IMG/VR virus record: IMGVR_UViG_3300042431_000344 | Span: 1 to 33,729 of that record | Reading direction: 5' to 3' (one strand) | DNA length: 33,729 bases | Origin: a virus | Lineage: Duplodnaviria; Caudoviricetes | Shown: one piece after another, positions 1 through 7,853 of the stretch | How the letters are laid out: every line of letters begins with the position of its first letter | Numbering within the stretch: the first letter of the stretch is position 1 | Made by a program: the position numbers and the translations under genes | Notes under the pieces: generated by a model | Database searches by the model: none | Told to the model about the DNA's origin: nothing | What the model saw: only the letters and a program-made list of their open reading frames with translations

Positions 1-2
1 AG

Positions 3-1430
3 CGTCTCGCCGCGATCTGGGTCGATGCGTCGGCTCCCGATTCAGAGCAAGCGCTCAAGGACCGCTTCCGTGAGTTGAAGGCTACGGTCGACACTGGCTG
101 GGCGATCATCGATGAGGACGATCCGATTCTGCTCAAGTACGCGGGCGTTGACACGCTGCTGACGTTCCGTGTGTTCGAGGTGCTGCGCGATCTGTGCAAG
201 CAGGCTGGCTTCCAGTCGCTCGTTGACTTTGAGCATCGCTTGCAGTGGGTCGTCTGCTTGATGCAGCGCAAGGGCATGCGCTTGGACGTGGCGTACACGG
301 AGCGGCTGCGTGAGCGTCTGCAGGCCGAGTCGGTGGAGTTCTCCAAGGTCGCTACCCGTTACGGCATCACGTCGATCAACTCGACTGCTCAGGTTGCTAC
401 GGCTCTGACGGCGATGGGGGAGACGCTGTCTGAGACGACACCCTCGGGCGCTGCGAAGGTTGACAAGGCTGTGCTGCTGCCGCTTGCCGATCTCGATCGC
501 GACTGGAAGCGCATCGGTGCACGCGAGCCTAACCCTCTTGCTGACGCCATCCTTCGCGCGAAGCGCGCCGAAAAGTGGGACACCGCGTACGCGCAGGCGT
601 TCCTCGATCTCAAGGATGCTGACGATCGTCTGCACCCGTGGATCGGCACGCTGCAGGCTCGCACGGCTCGCATGTCGGTGTCGCGTCCGCCGCTGCAGCA
701 GTTGCCGTCGAGCGACTGGATGGTGCGTCGATGCTTCGTCGCTGATCCTGGTCAGACGATGATCTCGATCGACTACTCGCAGATCGAGATGCGCGTGCTC
801 GCTGGTCTCGCTGGCGATAAGCAGATGATCAACGCGATCAAGTCGGGTACTGACCTGCACGACTTCACTGCTGGCATGCTGTTCGGTGACGACTTCACGT
901 CGAAGCAGCGCAAGATCGCTAAGGGTGTGGCGTTCGGCAAGGTGTACGGCGGTGGAGCCGAGACGCTGTCTCGCCAGACTGGTGCGGACATTGCGTCGGT
1001 GCGTCAGGCCATCAAGGCTTACGACCAGACGTACCTCGGCATTGCTCGCTACTCGCGTTCGCTGCAGTCGCGTGCCGAGCACGGTGCGAAGGAAGTGGTG
1101 ACCCCGAGTGGTCGGCATCTTCCGCTTGACCGTGACCGCTTGTACGCAGCGACGAACTACATCGTGCAGTCGACGGCTCGCGACGTGCTCGCACAGGCGA
1201 TCGTCAACATGCACGAGGTTGGACTCGGTGAGCACTTCCTGCTCCCGATCCACGATGAGGTTCTCGGGCAGGCACCGATCGGTGAAGCCGACGATGTCGT
1301 GCGCGAGATGAAGAAGGTGATGGAGCAGTACGAGTTCATGGGCGTGCCGCTGATCGCAGATGGAGAAGTCATCGGCTCAACGTGGGCGATGGGGTACGGC
1401 TACGAGGAGGCCAAGCATGGAAACGACTGA
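3..1430 (+). CDS. polA: DNA polymerase I (family A), 5'-truncated by window edge
   Basis: Frame open from position 3; motifs ARTARMS, IDYSQIEMRVLA (A), RKIAKGVAFGKVYG (B, Phe at the 762-equivalent), LLPIHDEV (C). Confidence 0.97.
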   Translation, partial: RLAAIWVDASAPDSEQALKDRFRELKATVDTGWAIIDEDDPILLKYAGVDTLLTFRVFEVLRDLCKQAGFQSLVDFEHRLQWVVCLMQRKGMRLDVAYTERLRERLQAESVEFSKVATRYGITSINSTAQVATALTAMGETLSETTPSGAAKVDKAVLLPLADLDRDWKRIGAREPNPLADAILRAKRAEKWDTAYAQAFLDLKDADDRLHPWIGTLQARTARMSVSRPPLQQLPSSDWMVRRCFVADPGQTMISIDYSQIEMRVLAGLAGDKQMINAIKSGTDLHDFTAGMLFGDDFTSKQRKIAKGVAFGKVYGGGAETLSRQTGADIASVRQAIKAYDQTYLGIARYSRSLQSRAEHGAKEVVTPSGRHLPLDRDRLYAATNYIVQSTARDVLAQAIVNMHEVGLGEHFLLPIHDEVLGQAPIGEADDVVREMKKVMEQYEFMGVPLIADGEVIGSTWAMGYGYEEAKHGND

Positions 1431-1743
1431 GATCAACAAGATTGAGCACCACCTGGCTCTGCTGATCGCTGAGGCTGAGGCGCTGCTGCCGCTCCTCGCG
1501 GTGGTCGACGCGGCTCAATGGGAGGCGTCGCCCGCTGGGATGATCGAGCGCGAGGTTCGCGTGGCTGACACGTCGGGTGCAATCAATGACCCGACTGGGG
1601 CGATCGTGACCGATCCCGCTCGCCTGGCGATCCGTACCCAGGTGCAGCGCTCGGAGCGCCTGGTGAAGGACGCCCTGGTGAAGGTGGCTGGGGTGCGTCG
1701 TGGCCTCGAGGTCGCCATGTCCCGCTGGGAAACTGGGGTGTGA
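1417..1743 (+). CDS. Hypothetical phage protein (108 aa)
   Basis: ATG 1417 after GAGGAGG; overlaps polymerase end; helical, DPTG motif. Confidence 0.75.
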   Translation: METTEINKIEHHLALLIAEAEALLPLLAVVDAAQWEASPAGMIEREVRVADTSGAINDPTGAIVTDPARLAIRTQVQRSERLVKDALVKVAGVRRGLEVAMSRWETGV

Positions 1744-1775
1744 CGCAGAACACACAGAAAAAGAGCCAATAGTGG

Positions 1776-1802
1776 TTTCACGCGTCTCGACGTGTGTATA
1801 AT
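1776..1802 (+). promoter_or_regulatory. Candidate SigA-type promoter
   Basis: Perfect TATAAT at 1797-1802 in an AT-rich intergenic region; -35 element poor. Confidence 0.5.
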
Positions 1803-1944
1803 CCAGTCAAGAAAGTTTGACCAAATTACATTCGAGCAACTTCTTGACAAGTCCATAGTGAGTACAGATCGCTTCTCGCGAAGACCCCCTCGGGGCGAGC
1901 GCTGAGCCCCGCCCAATAGGCCCGAGCGGCGCTACTGGTGGTCC

Positions 1945-2016
1945 GCCAGAACGGCATACCTCGAGGTTCGAGTCCTCGACTGGCACGCAATCCGTCGCCC
2001 TGTCGGCGGTGCAGAA
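1945..2016 (+). ncRNA. tRNA-like structured leader, copy 1
   Basis: GCCAG/CTGGC stem, T-arm TCGAGG-TTCGAGT-CCTCGA, then GCA-NN-6 bp hairpin-TGCAG; no anticodon arm. Confidence 0.7.
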
Positions 2017-2024
2017 ACAAGGTT

Positions 2025-2261
2025 ATGAACACAATTACGAACACCAAGGTAGTCATCACTCTCGAGACTGATGCGCTGGCTCGCACGGCTTGGATCACTC
2101 AGTACATCAGTGACAGGAACAAGCGCGGTGCCGACATCGATCCCGAGATCACCCAGGGCGACATCGATTATGAGATTGATTTCCTGACCGATCTCCTTCG
2201 GGCGCAGGTCAACCATCCGAAGAACGAACTGCACACTTCCATGACCGTTCAGAAGATGTGA
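2025..2261 (+). CDS. Hypothetical protein (78 aa)
   Basis: ATG 2025 directly after leader 1 (AAGG upstream); MNTITNTK... Confidence 0.7.
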   Translation: MNTITNTKVVITLETDALARTAWITQYISDRNKRGADIDPEITQGDIDYEIDFLTDLLRAQVNHPKNELHTSMTVQKM

Positions 2262-2280
2262 CAGTCGATGAGTGTATCGC

Positions 2281-2354
2281 GCCAGAAAGGCATACTCCGA
2301 GGTTCGAGTCCTCGGCTGGCACGCAACGTAGGGCGACCGTCCCTGCTGCAGGAA
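2281..2354 (+). ncRNA. tRNA-like structured leader, copy 2
   Basis: Near-identical 5' half to copy 1 with compensatory C-G for T-A at base of T-arm; hairpin GTAGGG/CCCTGC. Confidence 0.7.
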
Positions 2355-2362
2355 GAAAGACG

Positions 2363-2722
2363 ATGAAGAGCATGACGAAGAACCAGAAGCAGACCGCCCG
2401 CGCCCAGGCGCGCAGGATGCTTGCAGCCCCGCTGAGTGTCGTGATGACGCCGTGCTACTTGTGCGGCATCGCTACTGAGGAGACTCGGCTGGCGAACGGT
2501 AAGCCCTCGGATCTCTTTCCGACAGTCGACCACGTGATCCCACTGGACCGTGGCGGGGAGAACATTCCAGAGAACCTGGCGATCGCTCACCATGTCTGCA
2601 ATCAGGCGAAGAGCAACCTGTTGCTCTCGGAGTTGGACCTGCCGTTCGAGTCACCGTCGGCGTCGCGCAAGGTTGTCGACGCTGCGAAGGCCAACTACTA
2701 CAGGACACTGGCAGTCGCCTAA
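2363..2722 (+). CDS. HNH endonuclease
   Basis: CYLCG...TVDHVIPLDRGGENIPENLAIAHHVCNQAKSN. Confidence 0.9.
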   Translation: MKSMTKNQKQTARAQARRMLAAPLSVVMTPCYLCGIATEETRLANGKPSDLFPTVDHVIPLDRGGENIPENLAIAHHVCNQAKSNLLLSELDLPFESPSASRKVVDAAKANYYRTLAVA

Positions 2723-2730
2723 TGCCAGAC

Positions 2731-2808
2731 GCCACGAACTAGCGGCAATGGAGGGAGCAAGCCCCTCCCGTGGCACGCAGTCCGAGCCGAACGTGCTCGG
2801 TGCAGGAA
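2731..2808 (+). ncRNA. tRNA-like structured leader, copy 3 (diverged)
   Basis: GCCACG/CGTGGC stem, GGAGGG-AGCAAGC-CCCTCC arm, ACGCA-GT-CCGAGC/GCTCGG-TGCAGGAAG. Confidence 0.65.
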
Positions 2809-2816
2809 GAACGACT

Positions 2817-3641
2817 GTGACCCGTTCGTACAGTGAAGATGTAGCCCAGGTCGCTGCCGCGCAGGCAGGTGACACTTCGGCACTCGAGGCGCTGCTTAGC
2901 GAGTACCACAACAACATCGCTAAGCCAGCCGACAAGTGGAAGCACCGCCTCGGTGGCATGGAGGAGGCGATGCAGGTGGCGACGCTGGCAGCCATTGAGT
3001 ACGTGATGGTGGCAACGCCTGAGCAGGCGCGGCTGCTGCGTCGCGATCTCGGTAACGTGGTGGGCTGGGCGTTGGAGTCCTCCGCGCATGCGTCTATGCC
3101 GCATGCAACGGTGAATCGCCTGCGCAAGGCGCACAAGGCTATGCAGGCTGTTGATGGTTCCTGGGCGCTCGGTAACGAGACGACGATGCAGGACGCCGCT
3201 AAGTCCAACGATGTGTCGGTCGCGGCTCTGCTGACCTTCGTGGCAATGGAGCAGGTCGAGTCCTACGACAAGGTCTTCGACGAGGCGTTTGATGACGAGC
3301 AGCCGTTCGGTGATCACTGGGCTACCACCGAGCATGATGATGTCAACACTGCTGCTGACCCCGAGTTCGTCGGGCGCGCGTCCATTGATGCGGTGCATGC
3401 TCTTGCGCCGTTGGAGATAAGCCAGTCGTCCAGTGCATCGCGAGATGTGGGAGGTGTTCTAGCGCTGGTCGCTGAGTTGCCTGAGCGCAACCGAGAAGCG
3501 GTCGTTCTGTACCTCGAGTACCCCGAGTGGTCGGTCGTGCAGATCGCTGAGCACGCAGGTATTGCCCGCATGACGTTCAAGTCGCGTCTCGATCGCGGGC
3601 TCGAACTGCTCGCCGAGAAGTTCGGCACCTCTGAGACCTGA
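2817..3641 (+). CDS. Phage-encoded sigma-70 family sigma factor
   Basis: GTG after AGGAAG; AQAGDTSALEALLSEY (region 1.2/2-like); C-terminal LPERNREAVVLY...SVVQIAEHAGIARMTFKSRLDRG (region 4 HTH). Confidence 0.8.
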   Translation: MTRSYSEDVAQVAAAQAGDTSALEALLSEYHNNIAKPADKWKHRLGGMEEAMQVATLAAIEYVMVATPEQARLLRRDLGNVVGWALESSAHASMPHATVNRLRKAHKAMQAVDGSWALGNETTMQDAAKSNDVSVAALLTFVAMEQVESYDKVFDEAFDDEQPFGDHWATTEHDDVNTAADPEFVGRASIDAVHALAPLEISQSSSASRDVGGVLALVAELPERNREAVVLYLEYPEWSVVQIAEHAGIARMTFKSRLDRGLELLAEKFGTSET

Positions 3642-3644
3642 TCA
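3618..3644 (+). repeat. 27-bp imperfect direct repeat, copy 1 (att-like or phage promoter)
   Basis: AAGTTCGGCACCTCTGAGACCTGATCA; 24/27 identical to 7827-7853. Confidence 0.75.
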
Positions 3645-3690
3645 GTACGTAGCAACTACACCCCGTTTGTCCCTAGCCCTGGAGGCACCT

Positions 3691-3735
3691 ATGCACTATG
3701 ACTCTGCCGTCCTGTTTGCAGGGGGCAGCCTGTGA
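3691..3735 (+). CDS. 14-aa small ORF MHYDSAVLFAGGSL
   Basis: GGAGG at 3681-3685; stop overlaps next start (GTGA). Confidence 0.45.
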   Translation: MHYDSAVLFAGGSL

Positions 3736-4046
3736 GCGACGATTCTCTGACTTCCGATGCGTCGTTTTTCGCGTGCGATCTGGCCGAAGGCGATTACCTC
3801 GAGGTGCACCGTGTCGGTGAGCCTGGCTTGGACACCACGGTGATCTCTCTGAGCACCGTTGTGGAGGACTGGCAGGAACTCGAGTTGGCAACGCACCTTG
3901 CGTTCGTCGGCACGATCATGGTCAGCCCGCAGGCCGCTCGAATCCTGGCGGTCACGCTGATCGAACTCGCAGATGAAGCCGACGGTATTGAGACCTCGTT
4001 CTTCCCCGCTAACCAGGTTGAGGAGGCCACTGATGGAGACGCTTGA
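3732..4046 (+). CDS. Hypothetical acidic protein
   Basis: 104-aa ORF in tightly packed operon. Confidence 0.7.
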   Translation: MSDDSLTSDASFFACDLAEGDYLEVHRVGEPGLDTTVISLSTVVEDWQELELATHLAFVGTIMVSPQAARILAVTLIELADEADGIETSFFPANQVEEATDGDA

Positions 4047-4188
4047 TCCCGAAGTCCTGCACGAACTCGAGGACATTTGTCTCTGGTGCAACCTCGTGTT
4101 CTGGGTGCCGAACGGTCTCGAGTTCCTGAGCCTGAACGGTGACTCGATCATGGTCTGCGCTGATTGTGCGGAGGCTGCCCGTGTCTGA
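4033..4188 (+). CDS. Small zinc-ribbon-like protein (51 aa)
   Basis: GAGGAGG upstream; CLWC...CADC. Confidence 0.65.
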   Translation: METLDPEVLHELEDICLWCNLVFWVPNGLEFLSLNGDSIMVCADCAEAARV

Positions 4189-4411
4189 GCCGAAGGCCGA
4201 CATGGTCAATCACCCGCCGCATTACACCTGGCTCCCGCATGGCCTCGAGGCCATTGACATTACGGAGCAGTTCAATTTCAACCTTGGCAACGCCCTCAAG
4301 TACGTGATCCGTTCACGGCACAAGGGCTCCGAGGTGCAAGACCTTAAGAAGGCTCGCTGGTACATCGACCGCGAGATCACACGCCTCGAACGTCTGGACC
4401 TTAATGACTGA
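4181..4411 (+). CDS. DUF3310 family protein (T7 gp1.7-like nucleotide kinase domain)
   Basis: DMVNHPPHY...EAIDI...FNLGNALKYVIR...K...QDLKKARWY. Confidence 0.9.
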   Translation: MSEPKADMVNHPPHYTWLPHGLEAIDITEQFNFNLGNALKYVIRSRHKGSEVQDLKKARWYIDREITRLERLDLND

Positions 4412-6320
4412 CATGACCCCGTATCAATCCTTCATCCACACGTCCCGTTACGCCCGTTGGGTCGAGAAGGAGAACCGCCGTGAGACCTGGGCTGAGACTG
4501 TGGATCGCTACGTCGACTTCTTCCGTGACCATCTCGAGGCGTACGGCAAGGACCGCAACGACCCCATCTTCGATGAGGTGCGCGAGGCCATTTTCAACCT
4601 CGATGTGCTGCCGTCTATGCGCGCTCTCATGACCGCTGGGCCTGCACTCAAGCGCGAGCCACTCGCGGGCTACAACTGCTCCTTCCTCGCATTCGACAAC
4701 GCGCGCGCCTTTGACGAGTTGCTGTACATCCTGGCGAACGGCACTGGCGTCGGTTTCTCGGTGGAGAAGCGTTACGTGGATCAGTTGCCGATCATCGCTA
4801 GCCGATTCGAGCACCGCGTTGGCTCTCGCATTGTGGTAGAGGATTCGCGCGAGGGCTGGGCTGCAGCGTTCCGTGAACTGATCGACCACCTGTATCACGG
4901 ATTCACTACGTCCATCGACACGTCGAAGGTGCGCCCGAAGGGCGCGCGCCTGCACACGTTCGGTGGCCGCGCGTCTGGCCCTGGCCCGCTGCTGCAGTTG
5001 TTCGACTTCACGGTGCAGACGTTCGTCGCTGCTGCTGGTCGCCGCCTGACTCCGCTCGAGGTGCATGACATTGCCTGCAAGGTGGGCGAGGTCATTGTCT
5101 CAGGCGGCGTCCGCCGCTCGGCGCTGATCTCCCTGTCGGATCTCTCCGACTTCGAGATGGCGAAGAGCAAGAGCGGTACTTGGTGGGAGAACAACGGGCA
5201 GCGCGCGCTGGCGAATAACTCTGCCGTGTATGTGAAGAAGCCGTCCGCTGAACTGTTCCTCCGCGAGTGGCGCAACCTGATTGAGTCGCAGTCGGGTGAG
5301 CGCGGCATCTTCAACCTTGCTGGGATTCAAGCGAACGTGCCGAACCGTCGCGACGGCGAGAAGGTTGTGGGCACGAATCCGTGCGGTGAGATCAGTCTGC
5401 GCAACATGGGGCTGTGTAATCTCACGGAGATCGTGGTCCGCCCGAATGACGGGCTGAACGAACTTGTCCACAAGGCTGAGATCGCATCGATCATCGGCAC
5501 GTGGCAGTCGACCCTGACCAAGTTCAAGTACGTGCGTAGCCAGTGGCGGAAGAACGCCGAAGAGGAGCGCCTGCTCGGTGTGAGTCTGACTGGCATCTAC
5601 GGCAATGTGCTGCTGAACGACCACAAGGACAGGGGCTTGACTGAGCGCCTGGCTGCGATGCAGAACGCTGTGGTCGCTGCGAACGAGCGCGAGGCGGAGT
5701 GGCTCGGTATTGAGCCGTCGGTGTCGACGACGACGATCAAGCCGTCGGGCACGGTGTCGCAGTTGACTGGGGTGTCGAGCGGCATTCACCCGTGGCACTC
5801 GGAGTACTACATCCGCACGGTGCGTGGCTCGAACTCTGACCCGCTCACTCGGTTGATGATGGACTCAGGCGTGCCGTTCGAGCCTGACGTGATGAACCCC
5901 GACAACACCACGGTGTTCTCGTTCCCTGTCGAGGCCCCGCCTGGTGCCGTGACGCGAAACGAGATCACTGCGCTGGATCACCTCGAGATGTACAAGGTCT
6001 ACCGCATGTGGTGGGCCGAGCATCAGGTGTCCATCACTGTCACCGTGCGCCCCGAGGAGTGGGTGCCCGTGGCGAACTGGGTGTGGGAGAACTGGGACAT
6101 CGTTGCTGGTGTCTCGTTCCTGCCGCACACGGAGCACTCGTATGCGCAGGCTCCGTACCAGGAGGTGACAGTCGACGAGTACGAAGCGCTGCGTGCAGCA
6201 TCTCCGTCGTCGGTGCGCTTCGCTGATCTCTCGTTCTACGAATTCGAGGACGAGACCAAGGGCGCGAGGGAACTCGCGTGCAGTTCCGATACGGGGTGTG
6301 AAGATGTCGACATCGCCTGA
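4404..6320 (+). CDS. nrdJ: Class II (adenosylcobalamin-dependent) ribonucleotide reductase
   Basis: LPSMRAL, YNCSF, GTGVGFSVE, GGVRRSALI, TNPCGEI, TIKPSGTVSQL, C-terminal Cys pair; no small subunit gene nearby. Confidence 0.93.
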   Translation: MTDMTPYQSFIHTSRYARWVEKENRRETWAETVDRYVDFFRDHLEAYGKDRNDPIFDEVREAIFNLDVLPSMRALMTAGPALKREPLAGYNCSFLAFDNARAFDELLYILANGTGVGFSVEKRYVDQLPIIASRFEHRVGSRIVVEDSREGWAAAFRELIDHLYHGFTTSIDTSKVRPKGARLHTFGGRASGPGPLLQLFDFTVQTFVAAAGRRLTPLEVHDIACKVGEVIVSGGVRRSALISLSDLSDFEMAKSKSGTWWENNGQRALANNSAVYVKKPSAELFLREWRNLIESQSGERGIFNLAGIQANVPNRRDGEKVVGTNPCGEISLRNMGLCNLTEIVVRPNDGLNELVHKAEIASIIGTWQSTLTKFKYVRSQWRKNAEEERLLGVSLTGIYGNVLLNDHKDRGLTERLAAMQNAVVAANEREAEWLGIEPSVSTTTIKPSGTVSQLTGVSSGIHPWHSEYYIRTVRGSNSDPLTRLMMDSGVPFEPDVMNPDNTTVFSFPVEAPPGAVTRNEITALDHLEMYKVYRMWWAEHQVSITVTVRPEEWVPVANWVWENWDIVAGVSFLPHTEHSYAQAPYQEVTVDEYEALRAASPSSVRFADLSFYEFEDETKGARELACSSDTGCEDVDIA

Positions 6321-6414
6321 CATCCGCAAGAAGATCGCAGAACTGTGGTCGAACGAGTACTTCCGCGAGGATCAGATCCGCGAGGCGTACTGCGATCACA
6401 ACCCTGACGAGTAG
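6304..6414 (+). CDS. Small hypothetical protein (36 aa)
   Basis: ATG overlapping RNR end; stop precedes terminator. Confidence 0.4.
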   Translation: MSTSPDIRKKIAELWSNEYFREDQIREAYCDHNPDE

Positions 6415-7766
6415 TCTCGCCACACGATTTGGGCCCTCGCTTCGGCGGGGGCCCTTTTCGTCGTTGCGGGGTAGACGATCACCTGCTCGATCGCCTGCTC
6501 GACAACGAGCCGTGGGACGGTTTGCCAAACGTGGGACAGTGTCTCGCCCGTGGGACGGACAGTCTCGACAGTGTCGACCACGATGAGATCCAACTGCTGT
6601 CGCAGATCCGATACCCGTTCGGCGATGCGTCCGATGTCTGCCACGCTGGCCTCACCGATGCTTGCTGCCAGTGCATCGATCTCGTGCTGCAGGAGAGCCC
6701 GCTGCTGCACCGCTGCATCATCTGCTGCATGCACTGTCTCCATGACGGGCATGCTCATGAGCGGTGCTAACTGCTCTTCGACATAGGCGTCAAGCATGCG
6801 GGCGCTGATGGTTGGCCTGCCTGTGCATTTCGTCTTCACGTCGGTGGGGCATCGATAGTTCTCGTACTGCTTACCTTTGACTGTGGTTGACCCTCGGGTC
6901 ATGTTCCTGCCGCACGAGCCACACACTGCAAGGCCATGCAGCAGCAGCCGTTCGTGCTGGGCACCGTGCGGTGCGAATGCCTGCCGCTTGCCCCGTGCTT
7001 CCTGCAGCCGCTGCCATTCCGTCATGCTGACAATGGCGAGGTGCTCGTCGATGACGGGCAGCCCGTTCTCACGCACCACGTCACCCTTCGATGGGCGCAT
7101 GCCTGCGATCTGCGGTGACTCGACTACTTGGCTGATGGTTGCCGCTGACCATAGGTTGCCTTGCTTCGTTGCGATGCCTCGAGTGTTGAGGTCGTCGGCG
7201 ATGGAGCGCAGCGAACTGCCTGCCAGGATCTCCTCAACTACCCACCGCAACTCACGTGCCTCGGTCTCCTCGAGGACACGGTAAGCGCCGTCGGCTCGGT
7301 GCTCGTTCGTGTACCCGAATGCGGGGGAGCCGAGTGCTCTGCCTGCCTTGCGTCGGTACGCCTGGCTGGTGGCTTGGCGTTGCCCGATCTGGGTGGCCTC
7401 GAACTCTGCGAAGGTGGAGAGGAGGCTGAGCATCATCCGCCCTGTCGGGGTATCGGTATCGATACCTCCTTCTACGGTGATGATGCGCACGCTGTCTGCC
7501 AGGTCGATGAATGCTCTGAGTCTGCGGCCTAGTCGGTCGATGGATTTGACCACCACAGCATCGTGCTGCCCTGCCTCGATTGCTGCGAGCATGCGTTCGT
7601 ACGCTGGGCGCTCGATGTCCTTAGACCCTGAGAATCCGTCGTCGGTGTACAGGGTGATCTCGTGTCCGTGGGCTGCGGCCCACCGCTCGAGAATGGCATG
7701 CTGGGCGTCGATGCTGACGCTGGTGTCCTGGCTGATGGAGAGTCGGGAATAGCCTGCGTAGGTCAT
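6396..7766 (-). CDS. int: Large serine recombinase (integrase)
   Basis: YSRLS catalytic Ser, DDGFSG...RPAY, DRLGR, recombinase domain, Zn ribbon CGSCG...YRC...C, coiled coil; ATG at 7766. Confidence 0.95.
   Translation of the reverse strand: MTYAGYSRLSISQDTSVSIDAQHAILERWAAAHGHEITLYTDDGFSGSKDIERPAYERMLAAIEAGQHDAVVVKSIDRLGRRLRAFIDLADSVRIITVEGGIDTDTPTGRMMLSLLSTFAEFEATQIGQRQATSQAYRRKAGRALGSPAFGYTNEHRADGAYRVLEETEARELRWVVEEILAGSSLRSIADDLNTRGIATKQGNLWSAATISQVVESPQIAGMRPSKGDVVRENGLPVIDEHLAIVSMTEWQRLQEARGKRQAFAPHGAQHERLLLHGLAVCGSCGRNMTRGSTTVKGKQYENYRCPTDVKTKCTGRPTISARMLDAYVEEQLAPLMSMPVMETVHAADDAAVQQRALLQHEIDALAASIGEASVADIGRIAERVSDLRQQLDLIVVDTVETVRPTGETLSHVWQTVPRLVVEQAIEQVIVYPATTKRAPAEARAQIVWRDYSSGL
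6431..6458 (+). terminator. Intrinsic terminator
   Basis: GGGCCCTCGC-TTCG-GCGGGGGCCC-TTTT; lies inside the 3' end of the opposing integrase. Confidence 0.85.
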
Positions 7767-7772
7767 GGCGGG

Positions 7773-7778
7773 ATCGTA
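7773..7778 (-). promoter_or_regulatory. -10 element for probable leaderless integrase mRNA
   Basis: Minus strand TACGAT-CCCGCC-ATG; no Shine-Dalgarno. Confidence 0.5.
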
Positions 7779-7826
7779 CTGCATACCGTCGTAGCCTGCT
7801 GGCGGACTACAACAGAATGTACTAAC

Positions 7827-7853
7827 AAGTTCGTCACCACTGAGACCTGAACA
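7827..7853 (+). repeat. 27-bp imperfect direct repeat, copy 2; candidate att site
   Basis: AAGTTCGTCACCACTGAGACCTGAACA, 60 bp upstream of integrase, flanked by TACTA/TAGTA. Confidence 0.7.

Noticed and set aside
42-1253. 403-aa minus-strand ORF and similar long antisense ORFs across RNR, terL and tape measure
   Set aside because: Shadow frames of high-GC genes; no motifs or RBS
1844-1849. TTGACA as a -35 element
   Set aside because: No TANNNT at 16-18 bp spacing; better explained as part of the inverted repeat and boxA-like motif
1945-2326. GGTTCGAGTCC motifs as genuine tRNA genes or tRNA-derived att sites
   Set aside because: No D-arm or anticodon arm, no CCA, only about 40 nt across the acceptor-like stem; the integrase is a serine type and distant
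2550-2816. Longer 363-aa start for the sigma factor
   Set aside because: Overlaps the HNH gene and RNA leader 3; GTG 2817 has an RBS and matches the leader pattern
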